Part shown: positions 45,760-60,209 of the stretch, piece by piece
Numbering within the stretch: the first letter of the stretch is position 1
How the letters are laid out: each line of letters begins with the position of its first letter
Origin: Octopus sinensis
Lineage: Eukaryota
DNA length: 64,000 nt
Reading direction: 5' to 3'
NCBI RefSeq assembly: GCF_006345805.1
Contig: NC_043005.1
Span: 30,814,001 to 30,878,000, forward strand
The notes under the pieces: model-generated
The model's database searches: none
What the model was told of the DNA's origin: nothing
What the model saw: the letters and a program-made list of their open reading frames with translations, nothing else
Translations under genes and position numbers: made by a program

Positions 45760-48240
45760 TTTGCCAACATTACAAAGAGGGTAAGGATATCCAATATGGA
45801 GTATTCAGATTAGATGTTACTTAGAACACTCTTAGAAATTGTGGAAGTGCTAGGTCATCTATTTCTTCATTGTTCGCCTTTTCTAAAGCCCTCTTGAATG
45901 TATTGACAAAATGCTTCATTCGTTTATTTGCCCTGGGATGATATGGTGGAGTGGTCACATGTTCAACAACAAATATTTTACAAAATTTTCTGAACTCATC
46001 TGAAGTAAATTGAGTTCCATTATCAGACACAATGGTATCAGAAATACCATATCTGGCAAACAATTCCTGTAAAAAATTTACTGTAACCGTGGATGTCAGG
46101 CCACTTTGAAAAACTATCTACCACAACAAGGTAATATGAACCCTTAGGTGGACCTGTATAATCAACATGCAGGTAGGTGCTTTTGTAGCTAGGGCACAAC
46201 CTTTGCATTCTTTCACTAGTTTCTCAATGTCACAATCCATTGTTGGTCAATACACATAACTTCTCATTAATGATTTCATTCTCAAAATCCCTGGATGCCC
46301 ATTGCAAAATTTCTTTAGTAATTGCTTTTGTAATGTGTACATCTACACATAGACACACATTGAGAATAGATTCAAATTTGTGTTGTGTTCAGAAAAGCTC
46401 ATATTTTTTTTCCTTTTAGCCCTCAGCACTTCTTTCATTTTTTTTTAATGGACTGATCATTTTCTGTTTTTAATTTTATGTCTTGTAATGTAACTGGTAG
46501 TTCAAGTATGATATAAAACAAAACATTTTAAATTTCATTTTCTGCTTGAAATGGAGCAATCATAGTATCCTCAAATGGTTCAGTATTTTTTTGAAATCAG
46601 TTTTGATAAACAATCAGTGTGTCCTAATTTTTTTAGATGGTATAAACTCCATCTTAAAATCATAGTTTGGTAATATAGTGCCCCAGCATTGTAACCTATT
46701 AGCAGTACAGGTAGGCGATTCCTTTTTCAACCCAGATATAGATAATAACAGATGATGACCAGTCTGTAGTTGAAAACTTCTACTGTATAAAAGTCTATGA
46801 AATATTTTTGTGGCAAAAATAATCACTAGAGCCTCTTTTTCAATTTGGCTGAACCATGGCTTTCATGTTACCATCTTTATATTTATGTAGCATTACTGCT
46901 CTGATGCTGTACTCAGAGGCATCTGAAACTACTACAATCTCCACTACAGGATCGAAATGTGCGAAAGACAAATCAGATGTTAAAGCTTTTTAATTTTGCC
47001 AAACACCTTCTGAAAATTTTTAGACCAATTCCACTTTACATGTTTTTTTAATAGATTATGAAGCAGAGCTCTTACTTCATGCATATTTGGTATATAAATT
47101 TGATAATAGTTTGCGAGTCCCAAAAAAGCTTGTAAGATAAATATATTTGTCGGAGGGGGTATATTTTCAATTGCATCTGCCTTCGACGGATCTGGTCGAT
47201 GTCCATTTTTATCAATGATTTGTCCTAAGTATTTAATTTTAGTTAAGAAAAGATCATGTTTCTCCTCACTCAGTGTGATGCCAAATTACCTTATTTTTTC
47301 AAACACATATTTTACGTGCATGACATGCTGATCCTGGGATTCCCTTTTAATTAATATATAATCTAGGTAGACTATCGTGAAGTCATACTCTGCAAGCACC
47401 TTATCCATCACTTGTTGAGCAACTTTATGCCAAACAAAATCTGGTTAAACTTGTACAGATCTTTACATATATTGATTGTTAGGAGCTTAGAACATTCGTC
47501 TTCCACTTGTATCTGTATGTAGGCATCATAAATCTAATTTTGAGAACAATTTACTACCATTTAGTTTCAAGATTTCCTCTGGGCTAGGTAATGGGTAGTA
47601 TACTGCACAAATACGTATTTTCTTCTTCTTCTCTTTAACATATATAGTTGGACTCACCCAATCTGAGTAATTGATCTTTTCAATCGCTCCTATTTTCTCT
47701 AGTCTGTCTAATTCTTTATTTACCTGTCCCAGAGATGCAAATGGTACATTACATTTGGGTTTGAAAACTTGTAACGCATTTTCTTTTACCTGAAATTTGG
47801 CTTTGAATTTATTGCACCAACTAGACTCATTTGAGAAAACATCAGGGAGAAACCTTTACATTGCTTTTTTTGAAATTTTCTGACTCTGTGTTTGGACCCC
47901 ATTACATTTTTACAAAAAGTCGAACAGTTCCAAAAAGATTACTTGTATTTTTTAATACATAAGCTTTTGCTTTTATAATCTTACTGTAAAATAAAATATT
48001 ACAAAAAATTTCACCTTTAAAAATTAATTTTATCCCTGAGATGCCACAGTCATTTTTCAATGTTTTCTGTAGTGTATGTTGTCATTAAGTAATGTCACTA
48101 CTTGTATCTGACTGTAATTTTACATGCACTCTAGTGGAGTTGTCAAATCGAACTTTTGTAGGAATTTTGTCACTTTTTATTGTATTATTGGTGTAGGGGT
48201 GGAGAGAGTTATAAGATAGTACAAGGTGAGGAATGGGGAG
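45760..48240 (-). mobile_element. Degenerate Ty3/Gypsy pol (protease-RT-RNaseH-integrase)
   Basis: KLQSDTSSDIT protease, ELDRLEKIG..W.SP and YLDYI RT, GHPGILRMKSLMRSYVY, VSDNGTQFTS..PPYHP integrase; many stops. Confidence 0.9.
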
Positions 48241-48244
48241 AAAG

Positions 48245-48560
48245 TGAGACTGGCGTGACTGGCTTCCATGCTGGTGGCACGTAAAAAGCACCAACCGATC
48301 GTGGCCATTACCAGCCTCCCTTGGCACCTGTGCCGATGGCACGTAAAAAGCACCCACTACACTCACGGAGTGGTTGGCATTAAGAAGGGCATCCAGCTGT
48401 AGAAACACTGTCAGATCAGACTGATTCTGTTACACTTCTTTATTATTACTTGTCAATCGAAGACAAGGCTGGTGCAGCCTCCTTGCTTCCCAGACCCCGG
48501 TCAAACCGTTCAACCCATGCTAGCATGGAAAACGAATGTTAAAAGATGATGATGATGATA
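48245..48560 (+). mobile_element. RTE LINE 3' UTR copy with (GAT)n tail
   Basis: Same family as 34335-34805. Confidence 0.85.
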
Positions 48561-48568
48561 TATGTATG

Positions 48569-48620
<52 letters not shown>

Positions 48621-48729
48621 CACAATATACACACACACACATATACAAACATGTATATAAATACATAGTGAAAGTAATTGAAACCATATAATAGTGAAAG
48701 TATTATATCACATTACAATAGAGATGTTA

Positions 48730-49221
48730 TTGTTTCACTTTTGACACAATACCGATACAATGTAAGAGATATGAGATTGCTTTGGGCTTGCATTCGGCAA
48801 GAAGTTGAAAATTTTTTGGGCCCACAACACTCCATGGACCCTCTAAGTAAGGCATGTGTAAAATTTGAATGAAATCAACTGGGTAGTTCTCAAGTTTTAG
48901 TAATGCACACACATTCTCAGTTTTATATAAATATATATATATAAGATACAGAAATAATTAATTCTCAATGCTTCTAAAGCAAACTTTGTTTACTTTCATC
49001 GTAATTTGGATATATATCTATATATATAAAACTGAGAATGTGTATGTGTGTCTGTATGTATGCATCACTAAAACTCAAGACCTACTCAACCAATTTCATT
49101 CAAATTTTACACATGCTTTCCAAAGGGTCTACGGAGTGTTATGGGCCAAACAAATTTTCAACTTCTTGCCTGGAGCAATCTCTTACACTGTTTCGGTATA
49201 ACGTGTCAAAAGTGAAACAAT
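48730..49221. repeat. Two tail-to-tail copies of an interspersed element, possibly Helitron/HINE-like
   Basis: 48730-48945 and 49015-49221 are inverted homologues, each ending ...cagttttatatata..gat. Confidence 0.6.
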
Positions 49222-50399
49222 ATAACTGGAATCTATACCGTATGAAGAATAAGTGAAGACAATTTTGATAAAAAATATCCATTTTTCTGAAAGTTATGAG
49301 GAAACAAAGTCGAAGGGGCATACTTGTGTAGTAATGCTTATAAAGTATGTACGTGTGTGCCAAAGAATTTGTTGGAGATTTGGCTGTCATTTCTAGCATG
49401 TGGAGAGACTGCTTGAAGGCCTATCTAATGCGCGGGTCGGAAAACCCCTATGCATGCGCAATGACCAAAAGGGTTTAAAAACATCCTGTATATGTCGTAG
49501 ATTCGTGAGGGGAGTGCGAGGGGTAATTTTTTTGAAAAATTGAATTTACAAAAATTTTTTTTCAGAATCATAATCTGCGTGTTTTTGTATGTATTTCGCA
49601 AAAAAAAAAAATCTCTGAATAACGCAAAAAATTAATTGAAGGGGTTGGGGAGGTGGGGAAATCGGAGGGTTCAAATACCGATTTTTGCCACTTTTTTTTC
49701 AGATTCGGAATCTCCGTAGCGAAAAACGTAGGTTTCAGTAAAAAAAAAAAAAAAAGCGGAAAGGGGTGTGTCTGATGGCTGTCCATCGTCGTGGCTGATG
49801 CAGTTTTATTTTCGTTTATTATCATTTCTTTAGACTTTCCATTATTTCCTCAGGGATTTGACCAGCCTCTTTCTTCACTTTTTTGTTCGTCGTTTTAATA
49901 TTTATATTTGTTCTGGTTTGAGAAGAAAAGTTAGTAAAGTTAAGACTTCAAGAAATGTATTTTAAGAAATTTCTTATAAACTGTATTTTCTAAATCTGAG
50001 GGTACACCTTTGAAAAGTAGTGGGAGAAGAGTATCATCCCGTGCCCCTTCCTTGGCGACGGGCGCCCAGTAAACATATAAACACACACCCACAACATTAT
50101 TTCTCTGATATCGTATCCGGAATGCTATAGGTACTAAAGTATGGATGAGAATATTTCCTTCGAAGAAACCCATAGCAAAGAACACAAAACCAGGAATAAA
50201 AAAAAAAATATATATAAACTATGAACTTCGGAACTTTCTGCACACAATGTGTTTGTTGTACCAGAAATCGATTGGATGCTACATAAGATCTGCGGCATTG
50301 ATGTTAAAATCTGAAAACTGTTAACCAATGCAAAAAAATCCCACATCAACAATAATGTAGTTTGCCTCCAGCAATTCAAACAACCTTTGAATGTCGTTC

Positions 50400-51290
50400 C
50401 TTTGACATCTACTAACCACCAAATGTCGAAGTCCAGCCGTGGATTGGGTTTGCAGATATGAGGGTGATAACATCATGAGAATTGGAAAGGCTTTTCAGAA
50501 AGTATTTTCCGATTGATGACTAGGGATAAACACTTAGGTCGCAGAACTTTATACATATTAGCAAACGGTCGTGTATGGTTATAGTCCCAGATGGCTTCAA
50601 TGACAGCAACATTGATAACCAGAGTAGTCTATCTTGGACAGCTTTCACTTTGAAGGGGTATGCTTTAGTAATACGGGGCTGAAAATAATCACAAAATACC
50701 TGTTGAGCAAAAAGGAAAGGGATCTAAGTAAAAATGCCCTACATGATGCAGACTCTGTGGAACTGACACTGAGTATGCCATCCTCATTATAAGTAGCTGT
50801 ACAAAAATGTTACCACGGTATTACCTATCAGACATGATATCGTAAACAATGCAGAAAGAATAATCCTGGGGATATAAATATAAGAAGTTACAGTGACGTG
50901 GAGGGCATAGTAACAATACATATGAAAGAATACTGATGGAACAGACCATACATAACGATCTGGAACAAAGAGAAAATTATACTGTAGCTGAAATCAGTTG
51001 TCCAGTAGATGTTTAACATAAAGTAAAAAAAGATCAGTGAAAAAGAAGATATCTATGCTGAATTGTGGAGAAATCTATAGTCACTCTATCTGGATACTAT
51101 ATATTGCTTCTGATTTCTAACTTCAATTATTGTTGCACTTGGTTACGTGACAAATACCTCAATAGCATTCTTGAGAAGCGGGATTTCACAAAACCAGAAC
51201 GAATATGCCTTATCAAGAAATTACAGTTACAAGTTTTCAAAGGCACCGTCAAAATCTGTAAAACGTTAAAAAAGTTTAGCTTGACATATA
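50400..51290 (+). mobile_element. R4-like non-LTR retrotransposon 3' part (zinc knuckle plus restriction-like endonuclease), degenerate
   Basis: RHD, EY*WN, RPYITIW, AEISCPVD, EKEDIY, ALGYV, LIKKLQ..GTVKICKT motifs. Confidence 0.6.
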
Positions 51291-51307
51291 CAGTGATATA
51301 CATTCCT

Positions 51308-51670
51308 GGGATCTTTTCGGTTTGAACGGCAGTTTTTAAAAATAACTTCCACTTAACTAAACACTTTTAAACTTCGTATACTGGTAGACTGCGTTTATAA
51401 GACATCTTTTTCTCTTGGCTTTATTGAGAAAATTCTATAGTTTGTAAGATATTTTTTTTCTTCAATTTCAACCAATCAATGACGTCTATTGAGGTGAAAA
51501 CATTCTGTGCCGTATGAATATGTCCCTTGTTTAAGAAACAGATCGGGTTTATATACATTTCTGAAGAAAAAAAGCACCCTTCCCCCCACCCCTGACCCTA
51601 TATACAATAGATCGATACTAGGGTCATAATTATGGGTGACAATTTCATATGACACCGCTAGAAAAAACTG
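51308..51670. mobile_element. MITE-like element with truncated right terminus
   Basis: Starts ggatcttttcggtttgaacggcagttttt; ends ...gaaaaaactg, a partial inverted match. Confidence 0.4.
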
Positions 51671-52837
51671 TACACATACTTATGTATATGCATACGTAAA
51701 TAAATATAAAACTACCCCATTGAAGCAGTCTAAATTCCAATGATTGAGCCTTATTTGCAGACAAGAAATTGGCTCTTTCTCAGTTAGTAAGAAATTCGAA
51801 AACTAAAACAGGGAATGAATGAATACATCCATATACGTGCGCGTACACACACAAAGAAAAAGAAGAAAGCAAATGAATTCCAAATACATACTCGAAATGG
51901 TGGCATGTAAACTGACTCACATCCACCAGATTCAACAGATTAGAGGGCCAGGGGGGATCATAAAACATTCCCCAAATTCTCCATTCGAATTTCCTGGAAT
52001 CACCACATATATACAATGGACGTGACATATACCATACATAAACATAAACAATAATCAAACATATTCGTGTATTAAAGAAACATGTACACCGATTATATGT
52101 GTGTGTGTGGACCTGTCTTGTCTGTGTAGACAATCCCTGGCTCTGTCTTGTCTGTGTAGATGATATTGATTTAAATGTGTAATTTTAATTTTGCTGACTG
52201 TTTATGTCCATTACATTGAGACACGGGAATTTCGATTAATCAGTAACATTTGTACAAAGAAAACTTTACCAAAACTTCTGTATTGACTGGTATGGGAGGG
52301 GGAGTCCATGAAGAATGACACCATCGTTACTGCACTGGGTAACACCAACTTAAGGGACACCACTGACAGCGGGTTAGGTCCTTACAGGTACACTCGAAAA
52401 ACGTTCGTCGATGTAATATTTCGTATTTATGTTGCTCTCGTTTCAAGATAATGCTATCGATTTCGAAATCATTTTTATCCTTAATATTTGATACAAATAT
52501 GGCATTACTTCACGACAGATAAAATAAAAATCTAACAGAAAATATCATAAAACTAAAGTTGTGGCATAGATAAAATAAAAAATGTAACAGAAAATATCAT
52601 TAAACTAAAATTTTATCACCGTGCAATGGTGTAATTTATTATTACTCTAACTCAAAAATAAATTTACATAGGGTCATAAATTTACAAGATATCTGGTTGA
52701 TAGTCCGGCTAAAGTTCTGTATTTGTCTCACACACTCGTAACGTATCCAGAGTTATTACATTGATTTCTCCCTCACACGTTAATACTAAGGTATAGTCAA
52801 ATCTCGTAAAAGAATTCTCCCGTGCCTCAAAACAAAT

Positions 52838-52943
52838 ATGGCCGAAGAGGAATACTTGCTACACGCAAGTGTTTTTAAAAACGATTTTCCTCGTGTCGTG
52901 GAGCTTTTAAAAACACATGATGTTGCTCAACGTGATAAACACG
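52838..52943 (+). CDS. ANKRD13C: First coding exon of an ankyrin repeat domain 13 family gene ([36 protein letters not shown])
   Basis: Aligns residue by residue to remembered human ANKRD13C YPVHECVFKGDVRRLSSLIRTHNIGQKDNHG; aaatATGG start, G|GTAAGA phase-1 donor, locally CpG-rich. Confidence 0.8.
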
Positions 52944-53084
52944 GTAAGAAAAATAATATATATATTTCTGATTTTCAAGGACTATTTTCAATTCAATAAA
53001 AATTTAATTGAAAGTACATTCATAACAATCGCCATTCAGATAGCAAAAGATAAAGCCAAACACATACATATATTTTATATATAT

Positions 53085-54975
<1,891 letters not shown>

Positions 54976-54989
54976 TAAACTTTTGGATA

Positions 54990-57590
54990 CATCTGTTAGA
55001 TACTCTGGAATGTATTAGCAGTAATGTTTCTGGGGGGTCTTAAGGAATTTTGGGTCTTTCAAAATCAGACCCCCTTTTCCAATTGATACACTTAAATTGT
55101 CTCACAATGTACCTGTACCATTTTCTCAGCTCCTAATATTTGGGACACTTCCTCTCATGAACTTCTGCCATACATTTTTCCCAGGGTACAGTTGTTCTCA
55201 CATGTTTACCTGTTTTGTGGATTCAGAAGATCACTGTCTGGGTGGAGTGCTGTTGGTATGATATGATCTAGAAACTGTTCTACGAAATCCACTCTCAATT
55301 GTAAGTTTGGAGCCATGAAATGTAGGCATGGTCATTGATGTTTCAGTGAATGGAGCTTATCTCCAGCTCTGAGAAAAGTGACACCCACTTTCCTGGGTTA
55401 ATACTTACTGGATTAAATGGCTGTTGATATCACCTCTGCGACCACCTTGGTCATGTCACCTGTGATAGCAACCATTGCCTAAGATTCTTGGGCAGCTGCT
55501 GAAGAAATGTTGATTCAACCATCTTTCAGTACACATTTGTAAAGTTTTGTTAGACTTCATAAAGCGTCATAGACAGCCTTGGTCAGAAATCTGATACACT
55601 GGATGCCAGCCCACCAGAGATCTGTCCAAGTGATGCTCCCCTGCTATATGTTGGCCCATTTTGTCCAGGCTTCGCATTGGCTGAGTCCCACCAACATGCT
55701 AGCTTGTACTTCTATGCCTGTATGGACTTCTTGGAGGAGGTATTGTTGCTCTTTTCCTTTGGTGCTACCAATCTGCTGGGATGGTAAGTAGCCTAAACCT
55801 GAATGCCCTATTGCCACAGTCTCAACAAAAGCTCTTTGCCTCAACCATTCCCCTAACCCTGCAACTATCTGGCAACACTCCACTTTCTGCCTGTGCAAAC
55901 TTTGATACCAGCTCCTGCTACTCTTGTGTCCTTGGAATTTCAGTACTTCGTAGTTTCTTTTGTTCTTATCACTACAAACTCTTCTGCAAGGTCACTGATC
56001 AGGAGTCATAAGATGTTGGTTAAGCTGTACAGAGAGATGCTACCTAGGCTTCTTGGTAGGTTAAGCCACCTCCTCAAAAAGTGGTAATTTTCTTCTCTAA
56101 GGTTTCCACAAATGACATACTGGCATTGTATAATGACAGATCACAAACTACTGGACAGTGTGGCATACTGGTATATTCAAGTTTTGAAGCGACTGGGCAA
56201 TCCAGATTTCTCAATGTTCCTAAGCCAGTTCTGAAGGTCTTTTCTGGTTCAGCAAATGGCTACTGTTAAAGAGTTTCTCCTAGTGCTTGACTGGTTGTTC
56301 TGACAGAGTTGGGATGGTAGTGTCAAACTTAGTGAAGTGAAACTTTTCCTCACTTCCCCTTTTTTCAGTACAAGTGTCCTTGAAAGTTCTGCTTGTAACT
56401 ATAGTTTGCAGCTCACCCTTGTCTATGAGATAAGCTTCTTGAGTACTTGAAGATCTGTCTGCAACCAGCAACTGTTGATGTTCTTACTGTCAGGTTATCC
56501 ATGAAGGCTATTGTGTGTCAGTTTTTGTCCAGGGTCCTTGGCACTTCACCACTGCTGACTTGACCACCATGTTCATGGAGAGAGCAAGAAGGGTTAATGA
56601 AATGTCAGTTATGATAGCCTTTTCCAATCTGCTACTCTCATGCTGTGGGTCCAGACATGATTCTCACTTGAAAATTGTGATAATAATCCCGAATGAGGTT
56701 GTTGATCTTACTGGGGACTTGGTGTTTTGGGGAGCCTCATCTACCAGCTTGTATGGCATAAGTCCATAGGCATTTGTGAAGTTTAGACCACCTAAGAACT
56801 GTTTGACCGTCCCTGTATGCTCCAGGCTGTTAGGTGTTCCAGCAATTTCACCTTTTTGTATCAGTCATCCAGGAGAAGCTTTATTAGCCAGTGGGACACA
56901 ATACTGAAGAATATCTTGTCTTCAATGTTGAGTAGTGAGATGGTCCTGAACTGATTGATTCTCTTAGAATTCTCCTAAGGAATCCAAACAACCTCAACAT
57001 ATCTCCACCAGTTGACAACTCTTGATACATATCTAACAATGATTGTAGTCATTGCTTCCAATTGGCTGTCAGTGTTTCCCTTTAGGTGTTGTCTGTAGGA
57101 TTCTGCATGCATCTTCTGGTCTTAGTTGCTTGCCAGAGACCATTTGATTAACTGAACTACTCTGCTACGGATTTGGAGGTACAGGCACAGAGGAACTTTG
57201 CACATTGGGGTGAGTTCTGGCCATACTCCTTTTGCATCTCACCAGAATGTGATCCTTTGTGTTACACCTGATTCTTGTTGTCCAGACAGACATTTCATTC
57301 TGGCCTGATTGATTTTTAGACCATGCTGATTTTTGCATTCTTTGCACTTTGTTCATCATCCTTTTTCTTTTTGCATGGGTTGAAGTTTGTAAATCCATAC
57401 TGTTGCAAATCTTTTTCTTCCCATGCCCCTTTCTCCACCTTGCTCTAGGATCCCCTGAGGTTGTATTTCATAGGTTTGTCTGTAGCAAGAAAAAGGTTTG
57501 CAATTTAAATTGCTGGTCTCACTTGCCCTGAATACTGTCTTTCTGAGCTGTCAGCTAACTTTCTGGTTGTCACCAAAGTAGTCTTGGTTA
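54990..57590 (-). mobile_element. HERO-like RLE non-LTR retrotransposon, near full length, degenerate
   Basis: NQFRTISLLNIEDKIF, FMDNL, IPTLSEQPVK, VAIGHSGLG, AWTKW, TVPWE...HERK..KY motifs in the expected order. Confidence 0.8.
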
Positions 57591-57599
57591 TCACCTGCT

Positions 57600-58065
57600 C
57601 TGTTCCTGGAATTTAGTCCCAAGGTTAATCTTATTGATGCCCTGGGATGCCTCAATAGTAATGTCTCTGCGGATCTTAGGGGCTTTGGGTCTTTCAACAA
57701 CATGCCCTTTGTCCATTTGATTCAACTGGGGCTTATCAAGTTCCAGCTTGTTCTCCAGTAATAAAAACCACTGGTCTGCTTTTTTTTTTATTATTCTAAA
57801 CCACCTAATGGCCTTCTTTGCAAATTCAGTGACAGAATTTATAGCCTTCTCCTTTGCTGCACAAGTAACTTCATGCCCAGTCAGAGCTTTGCAGAATGAA
57901 TGCTCTAACAAAATACCACCAGATGATTTCAGTTGCTTTGTAATGTACCTGCTAGTTTTGGCTTCTGCTCTGCTTCACTAGTTTCTTGGTATTTGGGAAG
58001 TTTCCTCTCATAAGCCTTCTCCATATATTCTTCCCAGGGCACACTCAGTTCCCATCTGTAACAGT
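57600..58065 (-). mobile_element. 3' end of a second HERO-like copy directly upstream of the first
   Basis: ELSVPWEEYMEKAYERKLPKYQ, HSFCKAL...AIRW, plus a gaaagacccaaa 3' UTR block also seen at 55050. Confidence 0.75.
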
Positions 58066-58079
58066 ACTAGAAAAGAAAT

Positions 58080-58340
58080 TCCTGGTGCAGTAGCAAAACA
58101 TGGAATTAAAGAGCCTTAAAGATAATTTGGCAAAAACCAAGATCCTGGTAAGCAAGAAAACAGACAAAACCTATTTGCTTCAGGTAAATAGCCGTTTGAT
58201 ATGTTGGAAAGATTTTGGCAGGAATTCCATTTAGTGCACCCAATGCAAGCTATGGGATACACAAATGGTGCAGCGGAATAGTAGGAAGGTTAATGAAAAA
58301 AGTTGTGTTTCTGTGCAGAAAATGTATGATATTGTTATAT
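58080..58340 (+). mobile_element. RTE LINE fragment (Cys-rich insert region)
   Basis: NLAKTKILVS...RNSI*CTQCKLW motifs. Confidence 0.7.
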
Positions 58341-58494
58341 TAGATCAGTTTAAATTTGGGTATATTTGTAAAAGTAAGGAAATGTCATTCCCATGTGTTC
58401 CCACATCACCAGACTTTTGTGAATGTGTGTGTATCCCTCCCTCCTTCCATCCATCCATCTATCTATCAATCAATCAATTTCTACCCCAATTATT

Positions 58495-58559
58495 AATGAT
58501 CAAAGCCTTGTGAGTGAATTTGGTAGACGGAAACTGAAAAGAAGTCTGTCGTATATATG

Positions 58560-58590
<31 letters not shown>

Positions 58591-58800
58591 TTGTCCCCCC
58601 CCAACATCGCTTGACAACCGATGCTGCTGTGTTTATGTCCCCGTCACTTAGCGGTTCGGCAAAAGAGACCGATAGAATAAGTGCTAGGCTTACAAAGAAT
58701 AAGTCCAGAGGTCGATTTGCTTGACCAAAGGCGGTGCCCCAGCATGGCCGCAGTCAAATGACTGAAACAAGTAAAAGAGTATAAAAGATTGACTCATTGA
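58495..58800 (+). mobile_element. 5'-truncated SINE with internal microsatellite
   Basis: gacggaaactgaa..(TA)(TG)..cgcttgacaaccgatgc...ggtgccccagcatggccgcagtc body. Confidence 0.75.
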
Positions 58801-58914
58801 AAAAGAGAGATTATGACTGATAAAATAACGAAAGCAATATTTACTAAGCAAGTGACCACTATTATACAAAGAAATAATTAGACATAAAATATTGTAAAAA
58901 TTATTAGAATTGGG

Positions 58915-59225
58915 AATCATCATCATCATCATCATTTAGCGTCCGCTTTCCATGCTAGCATGGGTTGGACGGTTCAACTGGGGTCTGTGAAGCCAGAAGG
59001 CTGCATCAGGCCCAGTCTGATCTGGCAGTGTTTCTATGGCTGGATGCCCTTCCTAACGCCAACCACTCCATGAGTGTAGTGGGTGCTTTTTACGTGCCAT
59101 CCGCACAGGTGCCAGACGGAGCTGGCAAACGGCCACGGACGGATGGTGCTTTTTACGTGCCACTGGCATGGGCCAGGCGAGGCTGGCAACGGCCACGAAC
59201 GGACGGTGCTTTTTACGTGCCAGAA
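58915..59225 (-). mobile_element. RTE LINE 3' UTR copy
   Basis: Reverse complement of the 34335-34805 family, (CAT)n at the left end. Confidence 0.85.
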
Positions 59226-59793
59226 AACTGCCTGGAGGACAGTCTTTCTGCTTGTAATAATAATAGGAAAAAGAAGAAAAAAAAAAGAATATTAACTGTG
59301 GGGTATTAGTAATAAGGATTGGCATAGACATTAATAATATCTCCCCCTGTAAAGTGGATGATGTTAAGAAAGGCTTCCAGCTAAAGAAACCAAGCCACAA
59401 CAGACAATGGAGCCTGGTACAATCTTCTGGCTTAGCACCTCTTGTCAAACTGTCCAACCCATGATAACATTAAATATTAACATAGTAAACGTCCTAAAGA
59501 ATTGTTGGAGTGGAACTTGGTGAAATAACAGAATGAAAAAGTAAATGAGTCTGACAACTCTTTGCTTTCACCAACACTTTATTTATGTAGATTGAAGTAT
59601 ACTTGAAATGTGAACAAAAAGATGATGGATAATATATGACAAATTGAGAGTAATGTAATAAATGATAATATATGTGTGTTTAGTTATAATCCTCTATGCC
59701 CTCCCCAAGTCTTTGGAGGGAAGCAAAGAAGACTGATAATATGTAGTAAATGGTTAAAGAAAATGGGATAATTAATGTGAGAGACGGTTAATA

Positions 59794-60207
59794 TTTATTT
59801 CTTTATTGCCTACAAGGGGCTAGAAATAGAGGAGCAAACAAGGACAGTCAAAGGGATTAAGTCGATTACATCGACCCCAGTGCATAACTGGTACTTATGT
59901 AATCAACCCCGAAAGGATGAAAGGCAAAGTCAACCTTGGCAGGATTTTAACTCAGAACATAACAGCAGATGAAATACCTATTTCTTTACTACCCACAAGG
60001 GGCTAAACACAAAGGGGACAAACAAGGACAGACAAACAGATTAAGTCGATTATATCGACCCCAGTGCGTAATTGTTATTTAATCAACCCCAAAAGGATGA
60101 AAGGCAAAGTCGACCTCGGCAGAATTTGAACTCAGAATGTAGCAGCAGATGGAAATACCGCTAAGCATTTCGCCCAGTATGCTAACGATTCTGCCAGCTC
60201 GCCGCCC
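59794..60207 (-). mobile_element. tRNA-derived SINE with tandemly duplicated body
   Basis: A box ggcagaatcgttag, B box gagttcaaattc; about 180-bp unit present twice. Confidence 0.88.
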
Positions 60208-60209
60208 TA

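Noticed and set aside
49641-49669. Potential G-quadruplex GGGGTTGGGGAGGTGGGGAAATCGGAGGG
   Set aside because: One long loop, located inside a repeat, no functional context.
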